Shown piece after piece: positions 39,877 to 49,232 of a stretch of DNA of 64,000 bases. The position numbers and the translations under genes are program-made. This DNA comes from an uncultured Gemmatimonadales bacterium (GTDB lineage: Bacteria; Verrucomicrobiota; Kiritimatiellia; CAXMRT01): positions 5,233 through 69,232 of the forward strand of contig CAXMRT010000214.1 of assembly GCA_964196025.1 (NCBI GenBank), in the 5' to 3' direction. The notes beneath the pieces are model-generated. The model worked only from the letters and a program-made list of their open reading frames with translations. It made no database searches and was not told the origin of the DNA. Position 1 is the stretch's first letter. Every line of letters starts with the position of its first letter.

Positions 39877-39972
39877 GGCCCCAAATCACCCCGCACGGGC
39901 ACGGAAAATTCGTCGCTCAAATCTCGTTTTTACTTGTACCTTACGCCCCCGCGGTGTAGTCGATAAGGCGCT

Positions 39973-40890
39973 ATGTCAACAAACATGAAATATCGACGGT
40001 TGGGACGTACCGGACTTCAGGTCTCGGTCGTGGGGTTAGGCACCTGGCAATACGGCAACGAGCAGTGGGGACAGACCTTCACCCAAGATGACGTAAGTGC
40101 GATTGTATCACGCGCCTACGACCTCGGCGTGAACCTCATCGACACCGCTGCATGCTACGGCGATCATGTCGCAGAAACCTTTATTGGTGAAGCGGTTAAG
40201 GAAGACCGTGGCGATTGGATCCTTGCTACAAAATGCGGCCACAACCGCTGCAACGATAAGTCAGAGGAAGAAAATTGGCATCCCGACGAGATCTCCGCGC
40301 AGCTCGAGAAGTCACTTGAAGCCCTTCAAACCGACTACGTGGATATCCTACAATGCCACTCGCCCTCCCTCGCCACATTTCAGAATGACGAACTTTGGTC
40401 CCGTCTCAACACCTTTGTCGAAGAAGGCACCGTCAAACATCTCGGCCTCTCAGTCAGCGGATCCATCGAAGATGCGGCAGCCCAGCTCGAAACGGCTCCG
40501 AACTACAACGTCGACGTCGCCCAACTTCGTTACAACCGCCTCGAAACAGACGCGGAAGAAGACCTTCTCGAAATCTGCCAAGAACACGGACTAGGCGTCC
40601 TTGCACGCGAGCCACTCGCCAGCGGATTCCTGACCGGTAAATATCCCGTCGGCTCCCGCTGGGAAGCGCCGGATATACGTGCCGACCTGAATCCAGACGA
40701 TATCGATGCAAAACTCGCCGAAGTCGAAGCCTTCAAAGCCGAGGTTCCCGAGGGCACCGATATGGGCGCATGGGCACTCGCATGGGTTCTCGAGAACGCA
40801 GCCGTGTCATCCGTGATTCCGGGATCAAAATCAGTCGAGCAGCTCGAACAGAACATCGCCTGCTTAAACGCACTCAACACCGACTACTAA
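39973..40890 (+). CDS. Aldo/keto reductase
   Basis: AKR N-terminal block (YRRLGRTGLQVSVVGLGTW…DLGVNLIDTAACYG) and 305-aa length. Confidence 0.85.
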   Translation: MSTNMKYRRLGRTGLQVSVVGLGTWQYGNEQWGQTFTQDDVSAIVSRAYDLGVNLIDTAACYGDHVAETFIGEAVKEDRGDWILATKCGHNRCNDKSEEENWHPDEISAQLEKSLEALQTDYVDILQCHSPSLATFQNDELWSRLNTFVEEGTVKHLGLSVSGSIEDAAAQLETAPNYNVDVAQLRYNRLETDAEEDLLEICQEHGLGVLAREPLASGFLTGKYPVGSRWEAPDIRADLNPDDIDAKLAEVEAFKAEVPEGTDMGAWALAWVLENAAVSSVIPGSKSVEQLEQNIACLNALNTDY

Positions 40891-41004
40891 TCGAGGGCAT
40901 CACGCTCACTCGAGTTAGGCCAAGGCTAGTGTGATGCCGCACCGAACCCCTGCCATGAACCGAATTCCGTTCTGGCTTCAGTGTGGCTCGCCACTCTCCC
41001 GGGC

Positions 41005-42471
41005 CTAGCGAAACTCGTTTAAGGTATAATGCACCGAGTCATGCAGCAGCAGCTCGCCATCTTTCGATGTGAGTGCTGGTAAATGAAGAACATGCACGTT
41101 GCCTTTCACGCGGCCGTCAACGACCAGGTCGATCGACTTTCCGTCTTGCCCAATCGTGACGGATTGAATCACCGGCTCCGACTTGTCGACCTCAGGGCTA
41201 CCGTAACCACTCTTATAAATATAGGTATGGCTGGTCATCAACATTTTCGTCACGTCCGCAACAGACGCTGGATCGATCTCTTTGGTAAAGGTCAGCTTCC
41301 ACCCCTTCTTTGAGAGCCGCATAGTGAAAATTTCAAACGGTAATTTTCCTGTCCAGTTCGCGCGCTCCAAGCGAAACGAGTGCGGCCCCTTCGAGCCCCA
41401 ACCGCGCTCGGTGCCACCAACGAACAAGGCGCCGTCTGGCGACATGCGCACCGAGACGCTTCCCGACCCGAAACCGCTCAAGAATGGAATCGCTGCACCC
41501 TGATACACACCGTTCACAACTTCTAGGTCGCAACGCGTGATATTCGAAAAACCCTGATCCAACACCAGCAACTGACCTGCGAACGGACCAAAGTTTCCCT
41601 TCGACGAATCCGGCTCAATGCCACTCGATGATTTTCCTAACTTTCCATGTGTCAAAATGATCGCGGGTGGCACGAACTCAGGTATGCGCTTGCGCTCAAT
41701 CTCAATTCGGCTATCACTCACCGGATCCGCTGGCCGCTTCCCGATCGCATCCGTCAGGTCATAGTAAATATTCCCACTCGGGTTCCCCTGGAAGGACCCC
41801 ACTTTCAAATGCTTCAAGCAGGACGATCCGTTCCACAAACCCTGATTGTCACAATAGAACATGTCACCATTGATGTTGTTTCCAATCCCGCCTGGCGACC
41901 GAATACCACTTGTCGTGGGAATCATCTTACCGTCTTTGCTGACCCTCAAGCACCACCCACGGAAATCACTTTTCGCACCGCCTGAGCCGGTCAGACACAT
42001 CACCAACCACATGTTACCGTCTTTGTCATGCCGTGAGCCAAAGGCATACTCATGATAGTCCCCGTTGATCCCCCAATCGCTGCTCATGCTATCAAAGACA
42101 TCCGCGCGACCATCACCCGTCACATCCTTCATGCGGGTCACCTCGCAACGCTGTGCCGTCCACAGGTAGCCATCGTAGTACGACAAGCCAATTGGCTCAT
42201 GCAAGCCCTGTGCGAACGGCGTCCAAACCGTCTCTTTCGCCGGCGTCTCCCAGGCATTCTTTATGGTGTAGATGTCACCACGCCGCGAACAGACCGCAAG
42301 AGTCTTGTCAGGCATCAACTCAATCCCGACCGCCTCTAATACCACACCCTCCGGAACCGGCACTTCGGTAATGGTGTAATAGTCTGACTCTTTGGCTTTG
42401 GTCGCGGCCATCACCGTCGACGCCACCAGCATGCTCGTAACCATCCCTGCTAAAATCTGTTTCATTTCCAT
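41005..42471 (-). CDS. Secreted beta-propeller protein, glucose/sorbosone-dehydrogenase-like (PVC membrane-bound-dehydrogenase-type domain)
   Basis: Signal peptide. The blade-like repeats and overall composition resemble the N-terminal propeller of large PVC dehydrogenase/heme-binding proteins. Overlaps the upstream gene by 10 nt (same operon). Assignment by resemblance only. Confidence 0.45.
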   Translation of the reverse strand: MEMKQILAGMVTSMLVASTVMAATKAKESDYYTITEVPVPEGVVLEAVGIELMPDKTLAVCSRRGDIYTIKNAWETPAKETVWTPFAQGLHEPIGLSYYDGYLWTAQRCEVTRMKDVTGDGRADVFDSMSSDWGINGDYHEYAFGSRHDKDGNMWLVMCLTGSGGAKSDFRGWCLRVSKDGKMIPTTSGIRSPGGIGNNINGDMFYCDNQGLWNGSSCLKHLKVGSFQGNPSGNIYYDLTDAIGKRPADPVSDSRIEIERKRIPEFVPPAIILTHGKLGKSSSGIEPDSSKGNFGPFAGQLLVLDQGFSNITRCDLEVVNGVYQGAAIPFLSGFGSGSVSVRMSPDGALFVGGTERGWGSKGPHSFRLERANWTGKLPFEIFTMRLSKKGWKLTFTKEIDPASVADVTKMLMTSHTYIYKSGYGSPEVDKSEPVIQSVTIGQDGKSIDLVVDGRVKGNVHVLHLPALTSKDGELLLHDSVHYTLNEFR

Positions 42472-44240
42472 GTCAACACCTGCTCAATCGTTGCGTTATC
42501 ACCCTCGAACTCAATCGGGACAATCAGCTCTGTTGTGTCCCCGACCTTCCGCAACAGCGGCTTACAGCCTGCGAGAGTCATCGTCAACTCTGTCCCAGCC
42601 AGCTGATACCCCCCTCCAGCTTCCGTCAGGTCCCCGCGTGCGAGTAGAAAACATAGCGTCCCCGGCGGCTTCTTTCCCGACACCACAATCGTTCGTCGAA
42701 TGCCTTTCTCCTCACCCTTCACGGCCGGCACGAAGGTGTCAGTCACCTCCAAGCCATGGAACTCGTAGCGAAAGGTCGGGATCCGCTGCTCATTTAACAT
42801 GTAGCCCTTAAAGATGAACGGCTGGGTCCGCATGGTGCTCTTTGCACGAAAGTCGGTACGCGGCCACGTCGTCACGGCCACATCATCCAACACCGCGAAA
42901 GGCACCTCGTCCACAAAGGTAACCACCCGGTCGCCCTCGGGAGGCTGACTCCCTGATCCACGCCCCACCCAATGCTTACCGCCCGACATGAATGCACCCG
43001 TCCACGCCAAGGCCAAACGCATATTATCCGCATCCCAGGCGACGTTCACGCCACCCGGCAACCCTACGCCAATCGCCCGCACGCCGGCACCACTAATGAA
43101 ATTCCGGTACATCACCGCTTCCGTCTCTGTCGGCTCAATCGGAATCGACACCGAGGGCCGCTTCCTCCGCCCCCCCGAGCGAGCGGTGTCCGACAATGGC
43201 AAGGGGCGCTTCATTCCCGGCCCGCTGAGCGCCAGCGACAAACTATGCTGACCGCTTTTATCAAAATAGCCGACTTTCAACGCATGCGGACCCTTCGTCA
43301 ACTCGACAGCACCCTTCTTCATCGTGTCCGCATGAACACCGTCGTTATCCACAACCGTCTTACCGTCGATGACAAGCTGCGACCCGTCATCCGATGACAA
43401 GTGAAAGGTATAGTTACCCTCTACCGGAATCGTCACGGTTCCTTCATACAAGACCGCGGTCCCAGGCTTCACGCCTGCTGTCTTCGTACTGATTTTGCCG
43501 CTCTTCAAGGGGCCCTCTCGCAACACCTTCATCGTAGTGAAATCGGGCACTTTATCACCCTTATACGCATAGCTCTTAAACGTCAGGCCGCTCAACAACG
43601 AGCCACTACCCACCGTCATCGTGCCCTTCATCAAAGCCGCATGTCCCGGCACAGAACACACATACGGGTAGGCACCCGTCTTCGCCGGCGCTTTGAAGAA
43701 AACAGACTGTGACTCGTTCTGAAGCAAGAGCGCGGTGTTCACGAACAACTTGTCGTGCTTCGGAATGTAGCCCATGTCCAAACCCTTATCGCCCAGCGCC
43801 CACGCAGCTTGCGCAACGGCCATACCCAGTTTCGCATCACCTTTCTGACAAATCAGTAAGTTGTGCGCCATCTCATCACGATTGATAAACAGTAGTCGCA
43901 CGGCCTGATTAGGCGCGACCTTAAATGCCGTCACGTCATACAACATTTTTTGCGGAACCGTCGAAATTAGAATCGTCTTTTGAGCGCTGCCAAAACCCTT
44001 CGGGGCCGCATTTTTCTTCGCCCACGTCTCCGCTTTCTTGCGAGCCCCTGCCGACAACGCAGTCAAGGCCGTCGCGGTCCGTTTCGCCTTCGGGTCCGAT
44101 AGATCCACGAGAACCAAGCCCTGCTTATTCACATCATAGATATGACCCGACAAACGCTTCCCGTCCTTCAGCTCCCACGTCAATCCAGAAGCCCCAGCGA
44201 CAGAGGCCCCCAACACCAAACTCAACATCAAACTCTTCAT
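42462..44240 (-). CDS. Secreted azurin-like cupredoxin plus PA14-domain protein
   Basis: ATG 44240 is preceded by GGAGGG, giving signal MKSLMLSLVLGASVAGASG. Type-1 copper motif YPYVCSVPGHAALMKGTMTV (azurin-like C…H…M). PA14-like block GNYTFHLSSDDGSQLVIDGKTVVDNDG. C-terminal ~230 aa unassigned. Confidence 0.6.
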   Translation of the reverse strand: MKSLMLSLVLGASVAGASGLTWELKDGKRLSGHIYDVNKQGLVLVDLSDPKAKRTATALTALSAGARKKAETWAKKNAAPKGFGSAQKTILISTVPQKMLYDVTAFKVAPNQAVRLLFINRDEMAHNLLICQKGDAKLGMAVAQAAWALGDKGLDMGYIPKHDKLFVNTALLLQNESQSVFFKAPAKTGAYPYVCSVPGHAALMKGTMTVGSGSLLSGLTFKSYAYKGDKVPDFTTMKVLREGPLKSGKISTKTAGVKPGTAVLYEGTVTIPVEGNYTFHLSSDDGSQLVIDGKTVVDNDGVHADTMKKGAVELTKGPHALKVGYFDKSGQHSLSLALSGPGMKRPLPLSDTARSGGRRKRPSVSIPIEPTETEAVMYRNFISGAGVRAIGVGLPGGVNVAWDADNMRLALAWTGAFMSGGKHWVGRGSGSQPPEGDRVVTFVDEVPFAVLDDVAVTTWPRTDFRAKSTMRTQPFIFKGYMLNEQRIPTFRYEFHGLEVTDTFVPAVKGEEKGIRRTIVVSGKKPPGTLCFLLARGDLTEAGGGYQLAGTELTMTLAGCKPLLRKVGDTTELIVPIEFEGDNATIEQVLTWK

Positions 44241-44326
44241 AAACCCTCCATAAGTAAAAGACATGCGACAATATACTCGCCCATGACCCACATCACAACG
44301 TCAGATCCCATATCCAGATAATCGCC

Positions 44327-44408
44327 GGGTAAGACGCACTACACAAGATCCACCACCACACGAATACTCTTTGCTAACCTACGGGTGCTGGTGTAGTGCG
44401 TGTGACCC
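44327..44408. repeat. Palindromic intergenic element, copy 1 (21-bp inverted arms)
   Basis: GGGTAAGACGCACTACACAAG (44327-44347) and CTGGTGTAGTGCGTGTGACCC (44388-44408) flank a 40-nt spacer. Followed by a conserved tail …TCTTGACGAAGGAGGACAGGGCTCGCGCCCCCGC (to about 44458). Confidence 0.7.
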
Positions 44409-44495
44409 AGTCTATCCGCCGGAGTCTTGACGAAGGAGGACAGGGCTCGCGCCCCCGCAACCAAATCCCTCATGCAGAGTGAGCGCCTTCCCGCT

Positions 44496-44579
44496 GGGTA
44501 AGACGCACTACACAAGAGCCACCGCCACCGGAATACTTGTTTTGTTAATCTATGGGTGCTTGTGTAGTGCGTGTGACCC
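44496..44579. repeat. Palindromic intergenic element, copy 2
   Basis: Identical left arm (44496-44516) and near-identical right arm CTTGTGTAGTGCGTGTGACCC (44559-44579). Spacer ~80% identical to copy 1. Followed by the GGGCTCGCGCCCCCGC tail. Confidence 0.7.
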
Positions 44580-44681
44580 GTAGGGCTCGCGCCCCCGCTT
44601 ACCCAATCACGCAACCCACGTGAGCCGCTCCCCGCTAGCCTACAAACGGTGCTCCACACGCTCCAGCCAGCGTGCTAGTAT

Positions 44682-45560
44682 ATGCCTATGCACCTTATCA
44701 AATGCGCGATCATCCCCGCTCTGATTCTCCAGCTTCTATGTTCGGGTTGCCAGTACGGCCCGAAACGGGACCAAGGCTCTTTCAAAAGCACAGCACTCAT
44801 GCAGAAAAGCGCCATCGTGGCCTTCACCTACCACGACCTCATCTACCGGCCGGCACAAGGCATGTCGGCATTTCCTGATGGAGGCATTCCAAAATATTTG
44901 AACGACGGCTCCGTGCTCTGCATCTATGATCGCAAACAAGGGAAACTCCAGACATTAATGGATGAAGAGAATACGCTCTGGAGCCACGGTAGTGGTGCGC
45001 TGTACATCGTGACCGCCCGCGGTAACGCCATGGTCGTCAGCCAGTCCGGACAACTGCGAAAAGATCTCGCGACCATCTATACCCGCCATCATATCCTTAA
45101 CATCGCAACGAAGGCCCATGACACCTTTGACCTCAGCGACGACCTGCTTATGCACGGCCGCAAACCGGGTCCGCTCTATCTTGCTGATGACAACGGGACC
45201 CTCGTGATCATCACAAAGGCTCAGGACGCGGAATCTGGCAACAAGGCTATCCCCCAAATATGGGTAAGGCACATGGGGGGAGAGTATCTGCACGCCGGCA
45301 CATCCGCGCACTACCAGAAAACCCTAGGACGGGATGTCATCTACTGGAATCCCTCCGACCGGCAGTACTATGCCTTTCATATGGACGACAAAACCACCCG
45401 CCGCCTTGAGGGTTACCGGCCGCCTACAATGACACAGGTGACCGAAGGCGCTCGCGTCGGTTCGTTAGGCACCACGGTGGATGTGGGCATCCGGACCCAA
45501 GGCACCTGGCACTATCAACCGCTACCCATCACGCCCGACGATGTCAGAAAGAGTGATTGA
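44682..45560 (+). CDS. Hypothetical lipoprotein
   Basis: 292-aa ORF with lipoprotein-like signal (ALILQLLCSGCQ). No recognisable domain. Confidence 0.45.
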   Translation: MPMHLIKCAIIPALILQLLCSGCQYGPKRDQGSFKSTALMQKSAIVAFTYHDLIYRPAQGMSAFPDGGIPKYLNDGSVLCIYDRKQGKLQTLMDEENTLWSHGSGALYIVTARGNAMVVSQSGQLRKDLATIYTRHHILNIATKAHDTFDLSDDLLMHGRKPGPLYLADDNGTLVIITKAQDAESGNKAIPQIWVRHMGGEYLHAGTSAHYQKTLGRDVIYWNPSDRQYYAFHMDDKTTRRLEGYRPPTMTQVTEGARVGSLGTTVDVGIRTQGTWHYQPLPITPDDVRKSD

Positions 45561-45679
45561 TGACTGAAGGAGCTGAAACAGCTCTTTGACAGGCTCACTC
45601 TTCATGCGGACGTAGCGGGTGCATAAAACACACAGATAACCATTGCGGACATCAAGGTCTTTAACATAACCTTATCGGC

Positions 45680-46150
45680 GTGAGTATTCTATCCAAGACG
45701 TGTCTGTACGGATTGCGGGCGATGATTTATCTAGCCGCATCCGAAGACCATAATGATCAGGAATTCGTTTCAGTCCGGAAAATTGCGGATGAATTGGATA
45801 TTTCCTTTCATTTTCTCACCAAAATTTTCCAAACATTGAACAAAGAAGAACTCGTGATCTCCTGCAGGGGCCCAAAAGGAGGCGTCGCGCTTGGTCGCCC
45901 CGCTAAAGATATCGACCTTCTTGACATCATTGAAAAAATCGATGGCTCGCAACGCCTCGACTCCTGTCTGATGGGGCTGCCAACGTGCAGCGATGAGTCC
46001 CCCTGCCCCCTCCACGACCAGTGGAAGGAAAACAGAAAGGGGCTCAAAAAGCTCTTCACTGAATCCAATCTAGGGGAGCTAGTCAGCAACATGAAATCGT
46101 CGAATATCCGGATAAACGAGACGGGTATCATTTCACTGGGCGATGACTAG
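45680..46150 (+). CDS. nsrR: Rrf2-family transcriptional regulator (NsrR/IscR-like, Fe-S cysteines present)
   Basis: N-terminal wHTH (MSILSKTCLYGLRAMIYLA…VSVRKIADELDIS) and three clustered Cys (CLMGLPTCSDESPC). Sits immediately upstream of nirK. Confidence 0.7.
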   Translation: MSILSKTCLYGLRAMIYLAASEDHNDQEFVSVRKIADELDISFHFLTKIFQTLNKEELVISCRGPKGGVALGRPAKDIDLLDIIEKIDGSQRLDSCLMGLPTCSDESPCPLHDQWKENRKGLKKLFTESNLGELVSNMKSSNIRINETGIISLGDD

Positions 46151-46180
46151 AAAAACTCTCTTTTTTCCAACCAATACGGA

Positions 46181-46224
46181 TTGACATTTGACCCATTCTA
46201 GACTAATTAAGATATAAGAGTCTT
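46181..46224 (+). promoter_or_regulatory. Candidate nirK promoter with overlapping palindromic operator
   Basis: TTGACA (46181-46186), 17-nt spacer, TAATTA (46204-46209). The imperfect palindrome AAGATATAAGAGTCTT (46209-46224) overlaps the -10/+1, a position consistent with an Rrf2 repressor site. Pattern match only. Confidence 0.3.
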
Positions 46225-46340
46225 TTATCGGTAATAGTCCTTTCCGCTGGTGGATGGGGCCTGACCCGAAAAACCGAAAAACAGGAGAATCAAACGGCCG
46301 GCACATCCCTGATGTACCGACTGGGAGAGGAAATGGAGTC

Positions 46341-47777
46341 ATGAAAACACGACACTATAAACCAGTAATATTGACCTTGGCCGCTATAATGAGCCTTGGT
46401 TTTGGACTGCAGACCGCAGACGCCCAAATAAAGGGCACAGAAAAGGCCGTTCTATTGAAGGCCCCTCAGGTTCCGCCCGTGATCACGCGAACACACGCCA
46501 CCAAAGTGATCGTTGAGATGGAAGTGAAGGAATATGTCGATAGACTCGCTGATGGTGTTGAGTACACGTTCTGGGGCTTTGGCGGCTTTGTTCCGGGCCC
46601 GTTTATCCGTGTCCGCGAAGGCGATCATGTCGAGTTTCACCTAAACAATCATCCAGATAATAAACTACCGCATAACATCGACCTGCATGCGGTGACTGGA
46701 CCAGGCGGTGGCGCGGCCTCTTCCTTTACCGCTCCCGGGCACAGCTCGACCTTCTCATTCAAGGTCCTCAATCCAGGCGTGTATGTTTACCATTGTGCGA
46801 CTGCACCCGTGGGCATGCATATTGCCAATGGCATGTATGGCCTGATTCAGGTACAGCCCAAGGAAGGCCTGCCTAAGGTTGATAAAGAATACTATGTCAT
46901 GCAGAGCGAATTCTATACAGCAGGCCGCTATGGCGAAAAGGGTCATCAGCCTTTCTCTATGGAAAAAGCGCTGGATGAACGTCCCGACTACGTCGTGTTC
47001 AACGGTTCTGTCGGTGCCTTGGTTGGCGACAATGCCATTAACGCCAAAGTTGGCGAAAACGTGCGCCTGTACGTCGGTAATGGCGGTCCAAACCTTGTCT
47101 CCTCTTTCCATGTGATTGGAGAGATTTTCGACAAAGTGAACATTGAAGGCGGCGACCTGGTGAACAAGAACGTTCAGACAACACTTGTCCCTGCCGGTGG
47201 AGCTGCCGTGGTGGAATTTAAGGTTGATGTTCCTGGAACGTTCATTATTGTGGATCACTCCATCTTCCGGACATTCAACAAGGGCTCCCTAGGCATGTTG
47301 AAAGTGACTGGAAAGGCTAACCCAGATCTGTATTCCGGAAAAACCGAGGACAGCGTCTATCAGCCTGAAGGTCAGCCAACGCTTACTACGCCACCTGCTA
47401 AGGTCCAGAAAATGACCAAGGCAGAACGCATAAAAACCGGCGAAAGGCTGTACAACACCAGCTGCTTTGCCTGCCATCAGTCCAACGGGAAAGGATTACC
47501 CAAGATTTTCCCTCCTCTGGCAAAATCCGATTACCTGCTCGCGGATGTTGATCGCGCGATCAGCGGAATTATCTATGGACAAAAAGGTCCTATGAAGGTA
47601 AATGGTGAACCGTACAACATGATCATGACACCCGTAAATCTCACAGATGACGAGATCGCAAGTGTCATGACCTTCGTCCTCAACAACTGGGGCAACAGTG
47701 GAGACGCGGTCACACCCGAGCGCGTGACGAAGATCCGCAAAAAAGGCCCTGCAAAAAATGCAGTAACGTCGAAATAG
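46341..47777 (+). CDS. nirK: Copper-containing nitrite reductase NirK with C-terminal cytochrome c domain
   Basis: ATG 46341 follows GAGAGG and gives signal [28 protein letters not shown]. Type-1/type-2 Cu blocks (…[10 protein letters not shown]…, [21 protein letters not shown]). C-terminal CxxCH (CFACHQ, ~47464-47478) marks a fused class I cytochrome c. Confidence 0.85.
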   Translation: MKTRHYKPVILTLAAIMSLGFGLQTADAQIKGTEKAVLLKAPQVPPVITRTHATKVIVEMEVKEYVDRLADGVEYTFWGFGGFVPGPFIRVREGDHVEFHLNNHPDNKLPHNIDLHAVTGPGGGAASSFTAPGHSSTFSFKVLNPGVYVYHCATAPVGMHIANGMYGLIQVQPKEGLPKVDKEYYVMQSEFYTAGRYGEKGHQPFSMEKALDERPDYVVFNGSVGALVGDNAINAKVGENVRLYVGNGGPNLVSSFHVIGEIFDKVNIEGGDLVNKNVQTTLVPAGGAAVVEFKVDVPGTFIIVDHSIFRTFNKGSLGMLKVTGKANPDLYSGKTEDSVYQPEGQPTLTTPPAKVQKMTKAERIKTGERLYNTSCFACHQSNGKGLPKIFPPLAKSDYLLADVDRAISGIIYGQKGPMKVNGEPYNMIMTPVNLTDDEIASVMTFVLNNWGNSGDAVTPERVTKIRKKGPAKNAVTSK

Positions 47778-47787
47778 GGAGAAGAGC

Positions 47788-48603
47788 TTGAACCTCAGTC
47801 GGTCAATAGTCGCACTTGTTTTATTGACTGCTGGGGCGGCGGGCGCGGGTGATCTACCCGCACCGCCGAAAGCGCCTCTGGGAATGGTCTACATTGCTCC
47901 CGGCGAATATGAACCCCTTTTTAAATCAGAAGGAAAGAAAGCGGTCTCCGCTTTCTTCATGGACCGCCACCCCGTAACGAACGCCGAGTATCTCGACTTT
48001 GTAAAAGTAAATCCAAAGTGGCGAAAGTCACGTGTCAGACGCATTTTCGCGGACCACTCCTACCTAACCAAATGGGTGTCCGACGACACGCCAGGTCCAG
48101 ATCCTGAAAAATCACTAAACAGTCCTGTTGTTCATATCTCATGGCACGCCGCTCGTGCTTACGCCAAATGGAAGGGCAAGCGAATCCCCTCTCAGGCAGA
48201 ATGGGAGTATGCGGCTTCTGCCAGCAAAACGAAGCCCAACGGAAAAGAAGATCCTGACCATTACCGCTATATCCTCGATTGGTATTCACGCCCTACGCCT
48301 AAAGTAATGCCCGCGGTGGGCTCCACCTATAAAAACTACTGGGGGCTTTACGACATGCATGGCCTAGTCTGGGAGTGGGTGTCCGATTTCAACACCGCTC
48401 TAGTCACAGGAGAGTCACGGGGAGATGCCGGCTTGGAGCGTCAACTTTTTTGCGGGAGCGGCTCGGTCGGCGCCTCTGACTTCAAAGATTACGCCGCCTT
48501 CATGCGCTACGCTCTACGCAGTAGCTTAGAAGCTGATTTTACCACGGCCAATCTCGGTTTTCGTTGTGCAAAAAGTATCAACATACCCAAAAAGAAAGAC
48601 TAA
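47788..48603 (+). CDS. nirV: NirV (formylglycine-generating-enzyme/SUMF1-family protein)
   Basis: TTG start after a GGGAG RBS, 10 nt past nirK. FGE-sulfatase fold blocks (…VHISWHAARAYAKWKGKRIPSQAEWEYAA…, YWGLYDMHGLVWEWV). The nirK-nirV arrangement is well known. Confidence 0.65.
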   Translation: MNLSRSIVALVLLTAGAAGAGDLPAPPKAPLGMVYIAPGEYEPLFKSEGKKAVSAFFMDRHPVTNAEYLDFVKVNPKWRKSRVRRIFADHSYLTKWVSDDTPGPDPEKSLNSPVVHISWHAARAYAKWKGKRIPSQAEWEYAASASKTKPNGKEDPDHYRYILDWYSRPTPKVMPAVGSTYKNYWGLYDMHGLVWEWVSDFNTALVTGESRGDAGLERQLFCGSGSVGASDFKDYAAFMRYALRSSLEADFTTANLGFRCAKSINIPKKKD

Positions 48604-48605
48604 CC

Positions 48606-49232
48606 ATGAAACACGTTATCCCTTTTTCTCTCATCGCACTCGCCTTGGGGTGCACCTCATGCTCGACCATCCCACAAGAAGCAGCCTGCTGCAAGGCGCC
48701 ACTAGAAAGCGTCCAAAATGCACCGCTCTCACAGGAGTCGCTCTATCACCTGGAATCAACCTGGACGAGTCAGGAGGCCAAGACCATTTCACTGGATCAC
48801 TTCAAAGGCTCGCCAGTTTTGCTGACCATGTTCTTCAGCAATTGCGAATATGCCTGCCCGATTCTGGTTGAAAAAATGCGGTCAACCGTGGAGCAGCTGT
48901 CAGCGGATGACGCCTCACAACTACAGAAGGTCCTCATTTCTTTTGATGTGGAACGAGACACCCCTGCCGTTTTGAAAAAACACGCGATTGATCGCGGCTT
49001 AAGCAACACCGACTGGACCCTGCTGCACGGTAGCGCGGATGATGTCCTTGAAATCGCGGCGGTTCTGGGCATTCGTTATCGCCAAGAAAAGAATGGCAGT
49101 TTCGCCCATTCCAATATCATCACCCTGCTGGATAGAGATGGGTCCATCGCCTATCAGTTGAAAGGTCTAGAGTCCGAGTCCGAAGACTTACTCAAGGCCA
49201 TTAAAGAGGTCTGCGCGGATTCGAAACGCTGA
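48606..49232 (+). CDS. SCO1/SenC-family copper chaperone (thioredoxin fold), lipoprotein
   Basis: ATG 48606 lies 2 nt after the nirV stop. Lipobox (LALGCTSCS) and CxxxC copper site (MFFSNCEYACP). Confidence 0.7.
   Translation: MKHVIPFSLIALALGCTSCSTIPQEAACCKAPLESVQNAPLSQESLYHLESTWTSQEAKTISLDHFKGSPVLLTMFFSNCEYACPILVEKMRSTVEQLSADDASQLQKVLISFDVERDTPAVLKKHAIDRGLSNTDWTLLHGSADDVLEIAAVLGIRYRQEKNGSFAHSNIITLLDRDGSIAYQLKGLESESEDLLKAIKEVCADSKR

Noticed and set aside
44339-44659. ORFs 44339-44659 (-) and 54678-54875 (-) sharing the peptide ALSSFVKTPADRLGHTHYTS
   Set aside because: Similarity arises from copies of the palindromic intergenic element, not from a conserved protein.
46755-47258. 167-aa minus-strand ORF antisense to nirK
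   Set aside because: nirK copper-site motifs validate the plus frame. No support for the antisense ORF.
47788-48603. Calling the FGE-family gene a sulfatase-maturing enzyme rather than NirV
   Set aside because: A genome with many Cys-type sulfatases must have an FGE, so this is a real possibility. But this copy sits 10 nt after nirK and 2 nt before sco, the classic nirV position, and it cannot be resolved without phylogeny. Kept as NirV with the caveat noted.
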